Of a stretch of 64,000 nucleotides of DNA, positions 63,151 to 64,000 are shown piece by piece. The notes below the pieces were generated by a model. That model was not told the DNA's origin, made no database searches, and saw only the letters and a program-made list of their open reading frames with translations. This DNA comes from Leptogorgia sarmentosa. Taxonomy: Eukaryota. Position 1 is the first letter of the stretch. The number at the start of each line of letters is the position of its first letter. Location: positions 18,104,001-18,168,000 of the forward strand of contig OZ210885.1 in the NCBI GenBank assembly GCA_964658305.1, read 5' to 3'. The position numbers were made by a program, and so were the translations under genes.

Positions 63151-64000
63151 ATAATTAATTAAAGGTAATTACATGTTACATGGGTGCCAGTCATGTATTA
63201 TTCTCATTTTATGGACAACTGTGTAAGTTAGTGTTCTCTTTCCAAAAGCCAACAAGTGCAAAGAGGGCCACCCAGAAGTTGTTGGGGTCTCTCAGAGCAA
63301 GATGAGCAAAATTTCCTTTGATACCCCTTCCTCTTAAAAATAACAAAAAATAACAGGGTAGTTTTACATCCTACTTTTATAATATTATTACGGCCCCAAA
63401 GCCTGAGGGCGGCCCTGACCATATAGCCAAGGGTAGAACAAATATTGAGTGTAATTTCCTATTTGAAAGGTTGCCACTTCAGCTACCTTGTTTTATCTAA
63501 GAGGAATCATATAATCTAGTGTATCTAGTGTATACACCACAGTGACACCAGTGAAAAGGCATTATCGTTCACAAAAAATTCTAACTGTGACATGTCAAGT
63601 TTGTGTGTTCAATCACTGATTAATGGAATATGAGATTGAATGAGGTTGAAATAATTTTAAAAAGGATAAACGTTAAAATGGTTAAAAAGATTCTAATTGA
63701 AAAGTTAATCCTGTTCATATTCATCTTTGACAGAAGCAACTATAGTGTCCATTTGCTCGTCTTCCAAAGGAGGACAATCTGTTGAAATATCGAAGGTTTC
63801 CATCTCCCTGTCACTGCTCTTTTTGGTATTGATTTCCTCATTAGAAGATATCTCCGATCCAGTTCTTTTGTACTGTTCAATTGATCTGATAAGATCGCAC
63901 TGTGCTGACTTAAGATCAGAAAAAACCGCGTCAAATTGATTTTCTAATTCATCTCTTCTTTCTCTCCGTCACTGCGACTTATTTCCTCACAGAATTTCTT

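Overview
AT-rich eukaryotic DNA, probably from a cnidarian or similar marine invertebrate (inferred from transposon content and GT-AG introns). No intact host gene, RNA gene or CRISPR array was recognised. The window is a dense nest of mostly decayed transposons. Elements with clear boundaries: an ISL2EU/Harbinger-type element (1990-7801); a Kolobok with a KolX/P2X7-tail-like ORF (19651-24714, TTAA TSD); two IS3EU elements (26251-30585 and 51687-57496, TAY..RTA ends, 6-bp TSDs); an AcademH (31486-43686, 9-bp TSD); a Gypsy with both LTRs (39728-43474); and many MITEs. Broken remnants include a second ISL2EU, a third IS3EU, a second Gypsy, and LINE, Tc1 and Merlin fragments. The most interesting signal is the cargo. 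The two-gene DNA transposons carry protein-modifying enzymes in their second, convergent ORF. One IS3EU carries a spliced alpha-kinase, another a Ubl-UBZ-HECT E3 ligase, and both ISL2EU copies carry SWIM-YqaJ nuclease fused to a Ulp1-like (C48) protease. The AcademH transposase has ankyrin repeats inside its catalytic core. All family and domain calls come from motif recognition by eye; no database search was run.
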